Source: an uncultured Muribaculaceae bacterium
GTDB lineage: Bacteria; Bacillota_I; Bacilli_A; RF39; UBA660
Direction: 5' to 3'
DNA: 46,264 nt
NCBI GenBank assembly: GCA_964389735.1
Contig: CAYMEJ010000001.1
Location: 7,732-53,995 of the forward strand
Shown here: piece by piece, positions 8,051 through 17,275 of the stretch
Layout of the letters: every line of letters begins with the position of its first letter
Position numbering within the stretch: position 1 is the stretch's first letter
Translations under genes and position numbers: made by a program
The notes under the pieces: generated by a model
What the model saw: the letters and a program-made list of their open reading frames with translations, nothing else
Databases searched by the model: none
Told to the model about the DNA's origin: nothing

Positions 8051-8728
8051 TTATATTTCTCTTTTCTGATTTATAATTTCTTTTTCAATTAATTCCTCAT
8101 GAAGAAGTTCTTCGGTATTATTTAAATATACTTCTTCAATACGATCTACTCTACACCTTTCTGCTAATATAATAGCGTTTACTTTTTCTGTTGCTTTTAT
8201 TATATCATCATTTATTACTACATAATTATATTTTGTTACTTCATTTATTTCTTGATATGCTTTTTTAAATCTTTCTAGTATTTTTTCTTTTGTTTCTGTA
8301 TTTCTATTTGTTAATCTTTTTCTTAATTCTTCCATACTTGGAGGTAATATAAATATAAATAAAGCATCATCTACTTTTTCTTTTACTTTGAGTGCTCCTT
8401 GGATTTCAATAATTAATAATACATCTATTCCTTTGTTTAAATACTTTTGTATTTTTTCTTTTGGTGTACCATAGTAATTATTGTTATATATTGCATACTC
8501 TAATAATTCATCATTATTTATTTTTTCTTTAAATTCTTCTTCTGTTACAAAGAAATAATCTATTCCATCTTCTTCTTTTCCTCTTTTTTCTCTTGTTGTC
8601 ATTGATACTGATAACCAAATATTATTATTGATTTTTTTTAATTCGTTTACTATTGTATCTTTACCCGCTCCACTTGGACCACTAATTACAACTAAATTAC
8701 CTTTTTCTTTTGATTTAATTATACTCAT
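8051..8728 (-). CDS. gmk: guanylate kinase
   Basis: P-loop GPSGAGKDT, with SVSMTTR and EIxG motifs. I prefer the start at MSIIKS (8728), after AGGGA. Confidence 0.88.
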   Translation of the reverse strand: MSIIKSKEKGNLVVISGPSGAGKDTIVNELKKINNNIWLSVSMTTREKRGKEEDGIDYFFVTEEEFKEKINNDELLEYAIYNNNYYGTPKEKIQKYLNKGIDVLLIIEIQGALKVKEKVDDALFIFILPPSMEELRKRLTNRNTETKEKILERFKKAYQEINEVTKYNYVVINDDIIKATEKVNAIILAERCRVDRIEEVYLNNTEELLHEELIEKEIINQKREI

Positions 8729-8766
8729 ATTAGTTCCCTTTCTAGATAAAAAAAGCAAAATTAAAA

Positions 8767-9435
8767 CTATTCTGCTTCGGACACAACACCAATAGTAGAT
8801 GCATATGCATTTACTTTTATTACTACTTCTTTATCCTTATATAAATCATTTGTTAAATCTACATCATCTGATAACCACATTCTTAATCTAAATGCTTTTG
8901 AATATCCTTCTGTTTTTCCAGGTATTTTACCATTATATACTGTTTTACCTTTGCCATTTTCCATAATTGTTTCTTTTAATTCATCAAAGGTTTTTACTCT
9001 TACTCCATCCATTACTAATGGGCATTCTACTTCTGTAGTACCTGCTACTTCTGTTAAATATATTTTAATTGCATCATCTGGTAGCACTTGATTTATACCC
9101 TTATTATCAGCTATGTATTTTTCTACTGTTAATTCATATTTTACTTCTTCATCACCTGTTGAATCTCCATTAATTGTAAAATCAAATGTTTTTCCTTCTC
9201 CTATTCCAGTTTTACCTACTTCATCTATTTCAGGAATAGCATTGTTTAATGTTATGCCATTTCCAACTCCATTATTTTCTGTATATAAAAATTTAATTTT
9301 TCCTGTTGTTAATATATTTTCAACGTTTCCTTCTTTTACATATGAAAAGAAAGCATAACTAGTTCCCATAGTTATTAAAACCATTGATATTAATAGTAGT
9401 ACTGCTACTACTAAACCAGCTTTTTTTAATTTCAT
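8767..9435 (-). CDS. secreted TasA/camelysin-like protein with SipW-class signal peptide (paralog 1)
   Basis: The N-terminus is K-rich, then hydrophobic, then GTSYAFFSY...ENILTTGKIKF, which matches the GTyAyFsd...ftaGtl pattern of TasA/CalY signal peptides. Body motifs are FDFTINGDS, YELTV, FRLRMWL and VNAYA. It is a paralog of 14095-14733. I prefer the start at MKLKK (9435), after AGGAGTG. Confidence 0.5.
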   Translation of the reverse strand: MKLKKAGLVVAVLLLISMVLITMGTSYAFFSYVKEGNVENILTTGKIKFLYTENNGVGNGITLNNAIPEIDEVGKTGIGEGKTFDFTINGDSTGDEEVKYELTVEKYIADNKGINQVLPDDAIKIYLTEVAGTTEVECPLVMDGVRVKTFDELKETIMENGKGKTVYNGKIPGKTEGYSKAFRLRMWLSDDVDLTNDLYKDKEVVIKVNAYASTIGVVSEAE

Positions 9436-9514
9436 AAGAGTCACTCCTATCCTATTAACTTAATTTTACATTTTATTATGTTCTTTGTCAAATAAAATAA
9501 ACTAAAAAAGAGAA

Positions 9515-9823
9515 TTATTTTCTCTTTATTATCGTTCTTATAATATATCCTAAAAATATAGCAAATACTATTACGTATAACCACATTATAATAGTATAAA
9601 AAGTACCATCTGTATACTTTCCTATTATATCTGGTATCGATTTAGGAAAATATGCTTTTATTAAATCATTTAATTCCTTAACATTAGAATTTTCTTTAAT
9701 AAAATTCAATATTCTCAATAAAATATCTATACTTCCAATTAAATAAATAAAACTTTTAAAATCTTTATAAAAGAAGATAACTGCTGTTATTAAAACTCCT
9801 ATTATTATTAAATCCCAATACAT
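9515..9823 (-). CDS. small membrane protein, unknown function
   Basis: 102 aa, with N- and C-terminal TM segments and a basic C-terminus. No motif recognised. Confidence 0.5.
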   Translation of the reverse strand: MYWDLIIIGVLITAVIFFYKDFKSFIYLIGSIDILLRILNFIKENSNVKELNDLIKAYFPKSIPDIIGKYTDGTFYTIIMWLYVIVFAIFLGYIIRTIIKRK

Positions 9824-9840
9824 ATTTACACCTCTTTATC

Positions 9841-10371
9841 CTAACAATTAAAATATGAATTATACATTTTCTCATATCCAAGTGTTGTATCAATACCATG
9901 ACCTGGATATAATCTAATACTATTATCATATTTCTTTATTTTTTCTAAACTATCTATCATTTTTCCTTCATCACCAGTTGGTAAATCACATCTACCTATA
10001 CTTTTATGGAAGATAAAATCACCACAGAAAATAGAGTTTATTTCTTTAAAATAGAATGATATTGAATCGTCTGAATGACCTTCAGTATATATAACATCAA
10101 ATGTAAATTTTCCTATTTTATATTCTTGTTCTTTTAGATTTTCTTTATAATATATATCTGCTTTTGTAACAGTTGCTAATTGTTCAAGAGCCCCCACATG
10201 ATCAAAATGACTATGTGTTACTAGTATAGCATCTAGTACTTTATCTCCTATTGCTTCTTTTATTTTTAAATATTCACTTCCGGGGTCTATTACTATTACA
10301 TGATCAAATTTTTCTAATATATAACAATTTTCACTAAGTTGTCCGGTTATTACTTTATTTACTGTTATCAT
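9841..10371 (-). CDS. MBL-fold metallo-hydrolase (glyoxalase II-like)
   Basis: The THSHFDHVG motif is present, with downstream His/Asp ligands (EGHSDDS, PGHG). Confidence 0.8.
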   Translation of the reverse strand: MITVNKVITGQLSENCYILEKFDHVIVIDPGSEYLKIKEAIGDKVLDAILVTHSHFDHVGALEQLATVTKADIYYKENLKEQEYKIGKFTFDVIYTEGHSDDSISFYFKEINSIFCGDFIFHKSIGRCDLPTGDEGKMIDSLEKIKKYDNSIRLYPGHGIDTTLGYEKMYNSYFNC

Positions 10372-10990
10372 TCATTGTATCCCTTTCTTGTTTTGAATAT
10401 ATGCATCCACAATAGTCTTGTCTATATAAGTTATATAATTTTGATAATTCAATACTTCTTTTATATCCCTCTTTTTTCTTAAAATCTGCATATAAATATT
10501 TAACATTATATTCTTTTCCTAGTTCTATTCCTATTTCATTTAATACTTTACTGTCTTTATAAGGACTTATTGAAAGTGTCGTAGTAAAATAATCAAAGTT
10601 ATTTTTACAAGCAATATTTGCCGCTTCTTCCATTCTTAATCTATAACACTTATGACATCTTGCTCCTCTTTCTTTTTCATGTTCTAAACCTCTTGCTATA
10701 TTGAAAAATTCTTTTGGGTCATATTTATCTTCCATAAATGTTACTTTATTAATTGTATTTATTTCTGAAATAAACTTTTTTTGTTCATTCATTCTTTTTA
10801 TATATTCTTCTTCTGGAAAAATATTTGGATTATAATATAATACAGTTATTTTAAAATACTTAGATAAATATTCTAATACATAACTTGAACATGGTGCACA
10901 ACAGCTATGTAATAATAGTGTTGGAATATTATTATTTAGTTGTTCTTTTTCAATTATTTTATCTAATTCTTTTTGATAATTAATATTCAT
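10355..10990 (-). CDS. queH: epoxyqueuosine reductase QueH (DUF208)
   Basis: HSCCAPCS and later conserved Cys residues (CHKC, YCGC) are present. The start overlaps the dagK stop by 1 nt (TAATG). Confidence 0.8.
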   Translation of the reverse strand: MNINYQKELDKIIEKEQLNNNIPTLLLHSCCAPCSSYVLEYLSKYFKITVLYYNPNIFPEEEYIKRMNEQKKFISEINTINKVTFMEDKYDPKEFFNIARGLEHEKERGARCHKCYRLRMEEAANIACKNNFDYFTTTLSISPYKDSKVLNEIGIELGKEYNVKYLYADFKKKEGYKRSIELSKLYNLYRQDYCGCIYSKQERDTMNDNSK

Positions 10991-11934
10991 TATTTACTCT
11001 TTTCTACAAAAAGTTTATCTATAGTATCAGGTAATAGCATTTCTAAATTAGGCATTACCTTAATATCAAATGATTGATTATCTCCAGGTAATTCTTCTCC
11101 ATCTATACACCATGGTTTTCTTAATCTTTCTTTAAATACAATTTTTAAATTATTAGTTTTATGAAAATAGAATCCTGGTACTTTTGTAATATCGTTTGTT
11201 TTTAAGTAAAATAAACTTCTGACAATATCCTTTTTTGTTTTTAAATTACAAAATAATACTTCAAATCTATCATCATCTAGTTTTATATCTTTATAAAAGT
11301 TATTTATACCTGCAATTCTATTGGCATTACTAATAATTGCAAAAGAATATAGTCCTTGATATCTTTCTCCATCTACTTCATAAGTTAAATCATATAAATG
11401 TGTTTTATTAAATATAAAGTCTTTTGCTCCTTCTAAAAGGTATGCAATATACCCATACTTTTTCTTCAATTTTCTTGGAGTTTCATATGGTACACTCATA
11501 AATTTACCAAATCCTGCTACATATACGAAAGGTGCACCATTTACCGTACATAAATCTATTTTTCTAGTTTTACCTGTCAATATAAGTTTTAGATTTTTTG
11601 TTATATTTTTACCAAGTCCAAACATTGCTCCTATATCATTAGTTGTTCCATATGGTAAGTGAGATAATATTAATCTATTTTTTCTTTTTAAGTTACCTGT
11701 TACAACTTCATTAAATGTACCATCTCCACCAATTGATATAACTAAATCATAGTTATCTAATTCTTCTACTATCTCTTGAGCATGGCCTTTATATCTTGTT
11801 TTAAAAAGGGTTGGTTCATATCCATATGATTCAATTATTTGAGCATATTTATCGTACTCAAAACTTTTTTTCTTATTTTTACCACTATATGGGTTATAAA
11901 TAATTGCTAATCTTTTCACTTCAATCACCTTCAT
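10990..11934 (-). CDS. dagK: diacylglycerol/lipid kinase (DagK/YegS family)
   Basis: NPxSG near the N-terminus, the GGDGT motif and GTTND. Confidence 0.8.
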   Translation of the reverse strand: MKVIEVKRLAIIYNPYSGKNKKKSFEYDKYAQIIESYGYEPTLFKTRYKGHAQEIVEELDNYDLVISIGGDGTFNEVVTGNLKRKNRLILSHLPYGTTNDIGAMFGLGKNITKNLKLILTGKTRKIDLCTVNGAPFVYVAGFGKFMSVPYETPRKLKKKYGYIAYLLEGAKDFIFNKTHLYDLTYEVDGERYQGLYSFAIISNANRIAGINNFYKDIKLDDDRFEVLFCNLKTKKDIVRSLFYLKTNDITKVPGFYFHKTNNLKIVFKERLRKPWCIDGEELPGDNQSFDIKVMPNLEMLLPDTIDKLFVEKSK

Positions 11935-11955
11935 TTATTATACTATTAAATAATA

Positions 11956-13893
11956 TTATTTACAATTTTGAACTTGTAAATTATATTTACTTAGAAATTT
12001 ATTATTTATTAAATTAATATATTGTTCTTGTTCTTTTGTTTTTGGTTCATATTCAACTAAGAAACTATTTAAATTTGTTGCAAGTTCTTCTTTATCTTTT
12101 GTTGTATTAAATGATATTGCTATATTAGTATTCATATATTTATTAATTACTTCTTGTAATTCATCACTTTCAATATTTGTATTTAATATTGATGTTATGT
12201 CATCATATACTAAATTAGCCTCTTTTGGGAATCGTCTTGTTAATAGTTCATTTATAAAACTTATTTTTCCTTCTTTTATTCCATAACTTGGAAATAATCC
12301 CTCTTGATAACTATCAATTATTTCTCCAACACTCTTTTTTTCACCTTTTTCGTTATATTCAACATTTATTGCTCTATAATTATCTTTTGCAAATTTTTCT
12401 TTTGTCACTAATATATATTGATCAAATAGATCATCAAGTCTTACTATTTTATCTCCTTGTTTTCTTTTATTTGCTTTACTTAATTCTTTTATTTTTTTAG
12501 TTTCCATTGTTTCTATTTCTAATGCCTTTTCTTTATAATCTTCCATATACTTTCTATCAATAGTACCTAAAAGATTAGTTGTAAATATTGAAGAGTACCT
12601 TCTAGCATCCATTTCATTGGATACTAGTTTATAGTTGTCATCATAATATTTATTGCATTCTTTTGAAGCTGATAAAATAATATCTTTTAACATTTGATAT
12701 TCTATAAAACTAATATCATTATCTTTTATTTTTTTCCATTGATATGCATGCATTAATTCATGAAAACATACTTCAAATATAAATGGGTCTTTTTCATTAA
12801 TAAAGTCATCTATTCTATCATTATTAATTTTCATCGATTTACTATTTATTAAGTGTTGACCATGTATTAATCCTTTCATAGGTGATGTACTATAACCAAT
12901 TGTATATCTTCCCATATGTAATTGATCAAGAATATTTTCAAATAGTCCTGATATCATTCCTTTATATGCAAAAACATTACTACATTTATATTTATCATTA
13001 ATATGACCATTTATTAAAAATTTGCATATTGAAGAAGGAATATTTTTCTTTTCTTTGTAGCAGTTTCCAACTGTTTCTAGCAATTTATCATAGTCTTTAA
13101 AATTCTCATTTATTTCAAACTTAGATAAATCTGTATCTAATGGTTCAAAGTTTAATCCATCTAATGTCATTTTTGAGAGATTACTACTAGGATTTAGTAA
13201 TTCTCTTTTTATTTCTATTATTAATTCGTCATTATTTGGATCAATATTTTCTTGATTTAAATAATGTATATATTCCTTTATAAAATATCTATTATATTCT
13301 GAGTATTTTTCTTCTTTTGGTAATTTAGATATTATTCTTGCATCAGGAAGAGTATTAGGTATTTCTGTACTTACTCTATTCTTTCTAAATTCAAAACTTT
13401 TTGATTCATTAATTAAATCGTTATCAATTAATTTTTTCATAAAAACACTATAATCTGCCATTGTTGTATGGTTTAGTCTTTCACTATCTAAAACATCTGT
13501 TAAATAAATGTATTTATCTTCTTCTAATATGTTAGTAGGTTTATTTAACTGTTCTACTATATTTATTACTTTATCTATATCAAAATTATCTAATAAATCT
13601 ATTCTTCTTACTTTTCCTAGTTCAACATATAGTTTTATTATTTCAACATCATTATATATATTACTTAAATCAATATTAAAATCTAATATTGATTTAGTAT
13701 AACTTTCTACTAATTTAATATGAGTTTCTTCTTCATCTTTATCTATTAGACCTTTTAAATACGGCTTAATATACTCATTTATAGGTGTTAGATATTCTTT
13801 TCTTGTAGCTGGTTCCATGTTACTTATAAAATTTAAGAATTGTTCTTTTTTACTATCATTTAATAATATATTTCTTATATCATTTTCTGTCAT
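11956..13893 (-). CDS. 645-aa cytoplasmic protein with a single HExxH zinc-metallopeptidase-like motif, family unknown
   Basis: FHELMHAYQW is followed about 45 residues later by NEMDARR, a possible gluzincin third ligand. No signal peptide or TM segment. I do not recognise the rest of the protein. Confidence 0.45.
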   Translation of the reverse strand: MTENDIRNILLNDSKKEQFLNFISNMEPATRKEYLTPINEYIKPYLKGLIDKDEEETHIKLVESYTKSILDFNIDLSNIYNDVEIIKLYVELGKVRRIDLLDNFDIDKVINIVEQLNKPTNILEEDKYIYLTDVLDSERLNHTTMADYSVFMKKLIDNDLINESKSFEFRKNRVSTEIPNTLPDARIISKLPKEEKYSEYNRYFIKEYIHYLNQENIDPNNDELIIEIKRELLNPSSNLSKMTLDGLNFEPLDTDLSKFEINENFKDYDKLLETVGNCYKEKKNIPSSICKFLINGHINDKYKCSNVFAYKGMISGLFENILDQLHMGRYTIGYSTSPMKGLIHGQHLINSKSMKINNDRIDDFINEKDPFIFEVCFHELMHAYQWKKIKDNDISFIEYQMLKDIILSASKECNKYYDDNYKLVSNEMDARRYSSIFTTNLLGTIDRKYMEDYKEKALEIETMETKKIKELSKANKRKQGDKIVRLDDLFDQYILVTKEKFAKDNYRAINVEYNEKGEKKSVGEIIDSYQEGLFPSYGIKEGKISFINELLTRRFPKEANLVYDDITSILNTNIESDELQEVINKYMNTNIAISFNTTKDKEELATNLNSFLVEYEPKTKEQEQYINLINNKFLSKYNLQVQNCK

Positions 13894-14032
13894 TAGATTG
13901 TTCCTTTTCTAATAAATCTTGTAATTCAACATTATTAGTTACAAGTGATTCTTGATATAACAATTCTCTTTTTAATTCTATCGTATCATTACTATTTATA
14001 TTAAATATTTCCTTTATATCTGTTTTTTCCAT
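13880..14032 (-). CDS. 50-aa acidic helical ORF overlapping the start of the HExxH gene (not in ORF track)
   Basis: My hand translation gives MEKTDIKEIFNINSNDTIELKRELLYQESLVTNNVELQDLLEKEQSNDRK. RBS AGGTGAAGAC lies before the ATG. The TGA stop overlaps the downstream ATG region by 14 nt. Confidence 0.45.
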   Translation of the reverse strand: MEKTDIKEIFNINSNDTIELKRELLYQESLVTNNVELQDLLEKEQSNDRK

Positions 14033-14053
14033 GTCTTCACCTACTATAATTTT

Positions 14054-14062
14054 ATTATATCA
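14054..14062 (-). promoter_or_regulatory. extended -10 element TGATATAAT upstream of the 50-aa ORF / HExxH operon
   Basis: The minus strand reads tatatGATATAATaaa about 22 nt before the small-ORF ATG, directly after the upstream terminator. Confidence 0.35.
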
Positions 14063-14065
14063 TAT

Positions 14066-14096
14066 ATAAAGAAAAAAGAAGTAATATACTTCTTTT
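14066..14096 (-). terminator. rho-independent terminator after TasA-like paralog 2
   Basis: The minus strand reads aaaagaagta-tat-tacttctttt followed by ttctttat. The stop codon lies in the stem. Confidence 0.65.
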
Positions 14097-14733
14097 AATT
14101 TGACACTTTAACATTATCTGCATATACATTTATTTTTGAAGAGAATGTTTTATTTATATTTTCCTTTAATGTTAAATCAGTATCACTTGATATCCATAAT
14201 CTTAATCTATAGTTTTTCTTAAATGATCTAGTATTTGCAGGTATTATTCCTTGGTATACTATTTTTCCTGTTTCTCCTGCTATTGTTGTATTATTTAATT
14301 GATTATATCTTGTTACTTCTCCATTTAATAATGTTTCAGATATTGCTATTTCTTTATCATCTAATAATTCTGTTAGATATACTTTTATACATTTTTCATT
14401 TAATGTAGAATTAATTCCTTTAGCTAGTACTATTTCATATGATATAGCATTTGCATCTTTAGTTATTCCTTTTACTGTGAAATCAAATACTTTTCCTTCT
14501 CCAGTTTCTAATTTTGCTGTTTCATCTTCAGTCGGATTACTATTTATATTAATACCGTTTTTTGTGATTTCTTCATACATAAAATTCATATTACCAGTTC
14601 TCAAAATATTTGATATTGTTCCTTCTTTTGAATAAGTAAATACTGCATATGTTACCCCTACAGTTACTATTACTAATATCATTATTCCTATTACTGATAA
14701 TATTAGTGTTTTATCATCAACTTTTGTTTCCAT
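14095..14733 (-). CDS. secreted TasA/camelysin-like protein with SipW-class signal peptide (paralog 2)
   Basis: GVTYAVFTYSKEGTISNILRTGNMNF, then FDFTVKGIT, YEIVL, YRLRLWIS and INVYA. It is colinear with 8767-9435. RBS AAGGTGA. Confidence 0.5.
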   Translation of the reverse strand: METKVDDKTLILSVIGIMILVIVTVGVTYAVFTYSKEGTISNILRTGNMNFMYEEITKNGININSNPTEDETAKLETGEGKVFDFTVKGITKDANAISYEIVLAKGINSTLNEKCIKVYLTELLDDKEIAISETLLNGEVTRYNQLNNTTIAGETGKIVYQGIIPANTRSFKKNYRLRLWISSDTDLTLKENINKTFSSKINVYADNVKVSN

Positions 14734-14750
14734 ATTATCACCTTAATTTT

Positions 14751-14779
14751 ATTATAAGTAATTGTCAGTTATTTTACAA
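14751..14779 (-). promoter_or_regulatory. sigma-A-type promoter (TTGTAA-17-TATAAT) for TasA-like paralog 2
   Basis: Hexamers and the 17-nt spacer were read on the minus strand. It lies between the upstream terminator and the RBS. Confidence 0.5.
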
Positions 14780-14780
14780 C

Positions 14781-14815
14781 AAAAAAGAATGTAAATATTT
14801 GTAAGTTTACATTCT
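14781..14815 (-). terminator. rho-independent terminator after the MacB-type ABC gene
   Basis: A 10-bp perfect stem, agaatgtaaa/tttacattct, is followed on the minus strand by a T6 run. Confidence 0.7.
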
Positions 14816-14822
14816 TTATTTA

Positions 14823-17132
14823 CTATTCGTTTCTTAATGCTTCAACTGGATCTTTCTTACTTGCTACTTTAGCAGGAATATATCCACCTATAACAGTTAA
14901 TATTACACTTATTGTTATTAATACTATTGCATGAATAGGATTTAGTTTTGCAACATTTTCTAATTCAGTTAAACTGTATATTATAGAATTTGCTGGTATT
15001 GTTAATAGTTCTGCTATTAATATTCCTAATAAACCACTACTAATACCAATAATAAATGTTTCGGCATTGAATACTCTTCTTATGTCTTTCTTTCTTGCTC
15101 CTAATGCTCTTAAGATACCAATTTCTTTAGTTCTTTCTAGAACACTAATATACATAATTATACCAATCATAATTGATGATACTATTAATGATATTGAAGA
15201 GAATGCAATTAATACTACTGTTACTGCATCCATTATTCCACCTGATAATGAAGTAATAGCTTCAGCATAATCTGTGTATATGATTTTATCTTCTTCTTCT
15301 TTACCTTTATTATAATCATCTAAGTATTTTAATAATTTTTCTTTTGAATCGAAGTCTTTTGGATATATTTGAATTACCATAGGTGCTTCTTTAGCTCCTA
15401 AGTATCCTAATAAATTACTCTTTTCTGTTTTTCCTTCTTCTGTTGTTAAATCAATCTTTTTACCAGTTAATACACTATAATCTGCTTCTCTTTGTTTTTT
15501 AACTACATCAGAAGTATTGTTTTCTTCCATGATATAATCCATTAATGTTTCCTTATAACATAAACCTGTTCCACTAAATTGAGCAAATTTATTACCTTTT
15601 TTACCTCTAATAATTCCTGTTATTTTTAATGTAACATTGTCATTATCATTGTATAATTTTTCATAATCAGTATCTACCATAAAGATATTACCTGCTTTTT
15701 GGTAGAAATCTTTATCTAATACTACTTTAAATTCTTTATTTAATAATTCATCAAATGATACTACATCATCTTTATCGTATCCTAACATTTCTAATACTTC
15801 ATATGATAATCTATTTTTAGTATCTACTAATAATGTTAATTCATTTTTTTCTTCTGCAAATTTACCATGTATTAATTCAAAGTTATCAGTTATTACTGCA
15901 TCTTCTTTTCCATCAACTGATTCAGGTAATGGGAATAATAATGATCCAGTTTGTAAGTTAGTTACTTTATTATTATTTTTATATAATATATTTAAATTTG
16001 TAGATCTAATGTAACTTAATCCACCAATATAACTACTATTTACTTTTTCTAAGTAATCAATATAGTCTAATGATAAGTCATTTTTATGAGTTAAGCTTTC
16101 CATTGATATTAATGGATATACTTTCTTTTCTTTTGTAAATGATCTATCATCATCTTTCATCATACTATTCATAATTTCTGCTTGTTCTTCTTCATCTGCT
16201 ACTACAACTTCTGGTTGTATTACTATAGGCATTTGAGCTAGGGTATCTGTTTCAAATTTATCTATTTGAAGTTTAAAACCATTTGATAATGCTAATATTA
16301 ATGCAATACCAATAATACCTATTGAACTTGCCAATGATGTAAGTATTGTTCTACCTTTTTTTGTTCTAATATTATTAAATGATAATTTTAATGCAGTTGT
16401 AAATTTCATTGCTGTTTTCTTTATTTTAAATTCTGTATCATTTTTTTCTTCTTTTTTAATTGGATTAGTATCCTTTATTATTTCTCCATCTTTGAATTCT
16501 ACTATTCTACTAGCATATTCTTTTGCTAAATCTGGATTGTGTGTTACCATGATTACTAATTTGTCTTTTGCTATTTCTTTAATTAATTCCATTATTTGAA
16601 CACTTGTAGTTGAATCAAGTGCTCCTGTTGGTTCATCAGCTAGAATTATATCTGGATCATTTGCTAATGCTCTTGCTATTGCTACTCTTTGCATTTGTCC
16701 ACCAGATAATTGAGTTGGTTTTTTATGTGCATGTTCTAGAAGTCCAACCTTTTTTAATAATTCTTTTGCCTTTTTAGTTCTTTTTCTTTGACTTATTCCA
16801 CTTAATGTCATACCCATTTCTACATTATCTAGTACTGTGATATGTGGAATTAAGTTATAGCTTTGGAATATGAAACCTACACAATTATTTCTGTAGTAAT
16901 CCCAATCTATATCTTTGAATTTTTTTGTGGATTTATTATTAATTATTAAATCACCATCATCATAACGATCTAATCCACCAATAATATTTAAGAATGTTGT
17001 TTTACCACTTCCACTTGGACCTAATATACTAACGAATTCATTTTTTCTAAATTCTAGACTTATTCCATTTAAAGCTTCTTGAGTAAAACTACCTGTAGTG
17101 TAACTCTTTTTTATGTTTTTTAATTGTAACAT
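14823..17132 (-). CDS. fused ABC transporter, ATP-binding domain + MacB/FtsX-type permease with large extracytoplasmic domain
   Basis: Walker A GPSGSGKT, signature LSGGQ and Walker B ILADEPT are present. One TM segment follows, then about 350 aa of extracytoplasmic region, then a C-terminal FtsX-like three-TM block (GILRALGARKKDI). RBS AAGGAGG. Confidence 0.85.
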   Translation of the reverse strand: MLQLKNIKKSYTTGSFTQEALNGISLEFRKNEFVSILGPSGSGKTTFLNIIGGLDRYDDGDLIINNKSTKKFKDIDWDYYRNNCVGFIFQSYNLIPHITVLDNVEMGMTLSGISQRKRTKKAKELLKKVGLLEHAHKKPTQLSGGQMQRVAIARALANDPDIILADEPTGALDSTTSVQIMELIKEIAKDKLVIMVTHNPDLAKEYASRIVEFKDGEIIKDTNPIKKEEKNDTEFKIKKTAMKFTTALKLSFNNIRTKKGRTILTSLASSIGIIGIALILALSNGFKLQIDKFETDTLAQMPIVIQPEVVVADEEEQAEIMNSMMKDDDRSFTKEKKVYPLISMESLTHKNDLSLDYIDYLEKVNSSYIGGLSYIRSTNLNILYKNNNKVTNLQTGSLLFPLPESVDGKEDAVITDNFELIHGKFAEEKNELTLLVDTKNRLSYEVLEMLGYDKDDVVSFDELLNKEFKVVLDKDFYQKAGNIFMVDTDYEKLYNDNDNVTLKITGIIRGKKGNKFAQFSGTGLCYKETLMDYIMEENNTSDVVKKQREADYSVLTGKKIDLTTEEGKTEKSNLLGYLGAKEAPMVIQIYPKDFDSKEKLLKYLDDYNKGKEEEDKIIYTDYAEAITSLSGGIMDAVTVVLIAFSSISLIVSSIMIGIIMYISVLERTKEIGILRALGARKKDIRRVFNAETFIIGISSGLLGILIAELLTIPANSIIYSLTELENVAKLNPIHAIVLITISVILTVIGGYIPAKVASKKDPVEALRNE

Positions 17133-17275
17133 AATATACCTCCTTTATTTTCCAATATTATATTATACGTTATACTTATCTTTTTTTCTTAAAATTTGCA
17201 ATAGACTCATTGATTTTACCATAGAATACAGTTTTTTTAAGACGATTTTAGTTGCATTTACACAAATTTACGCAA

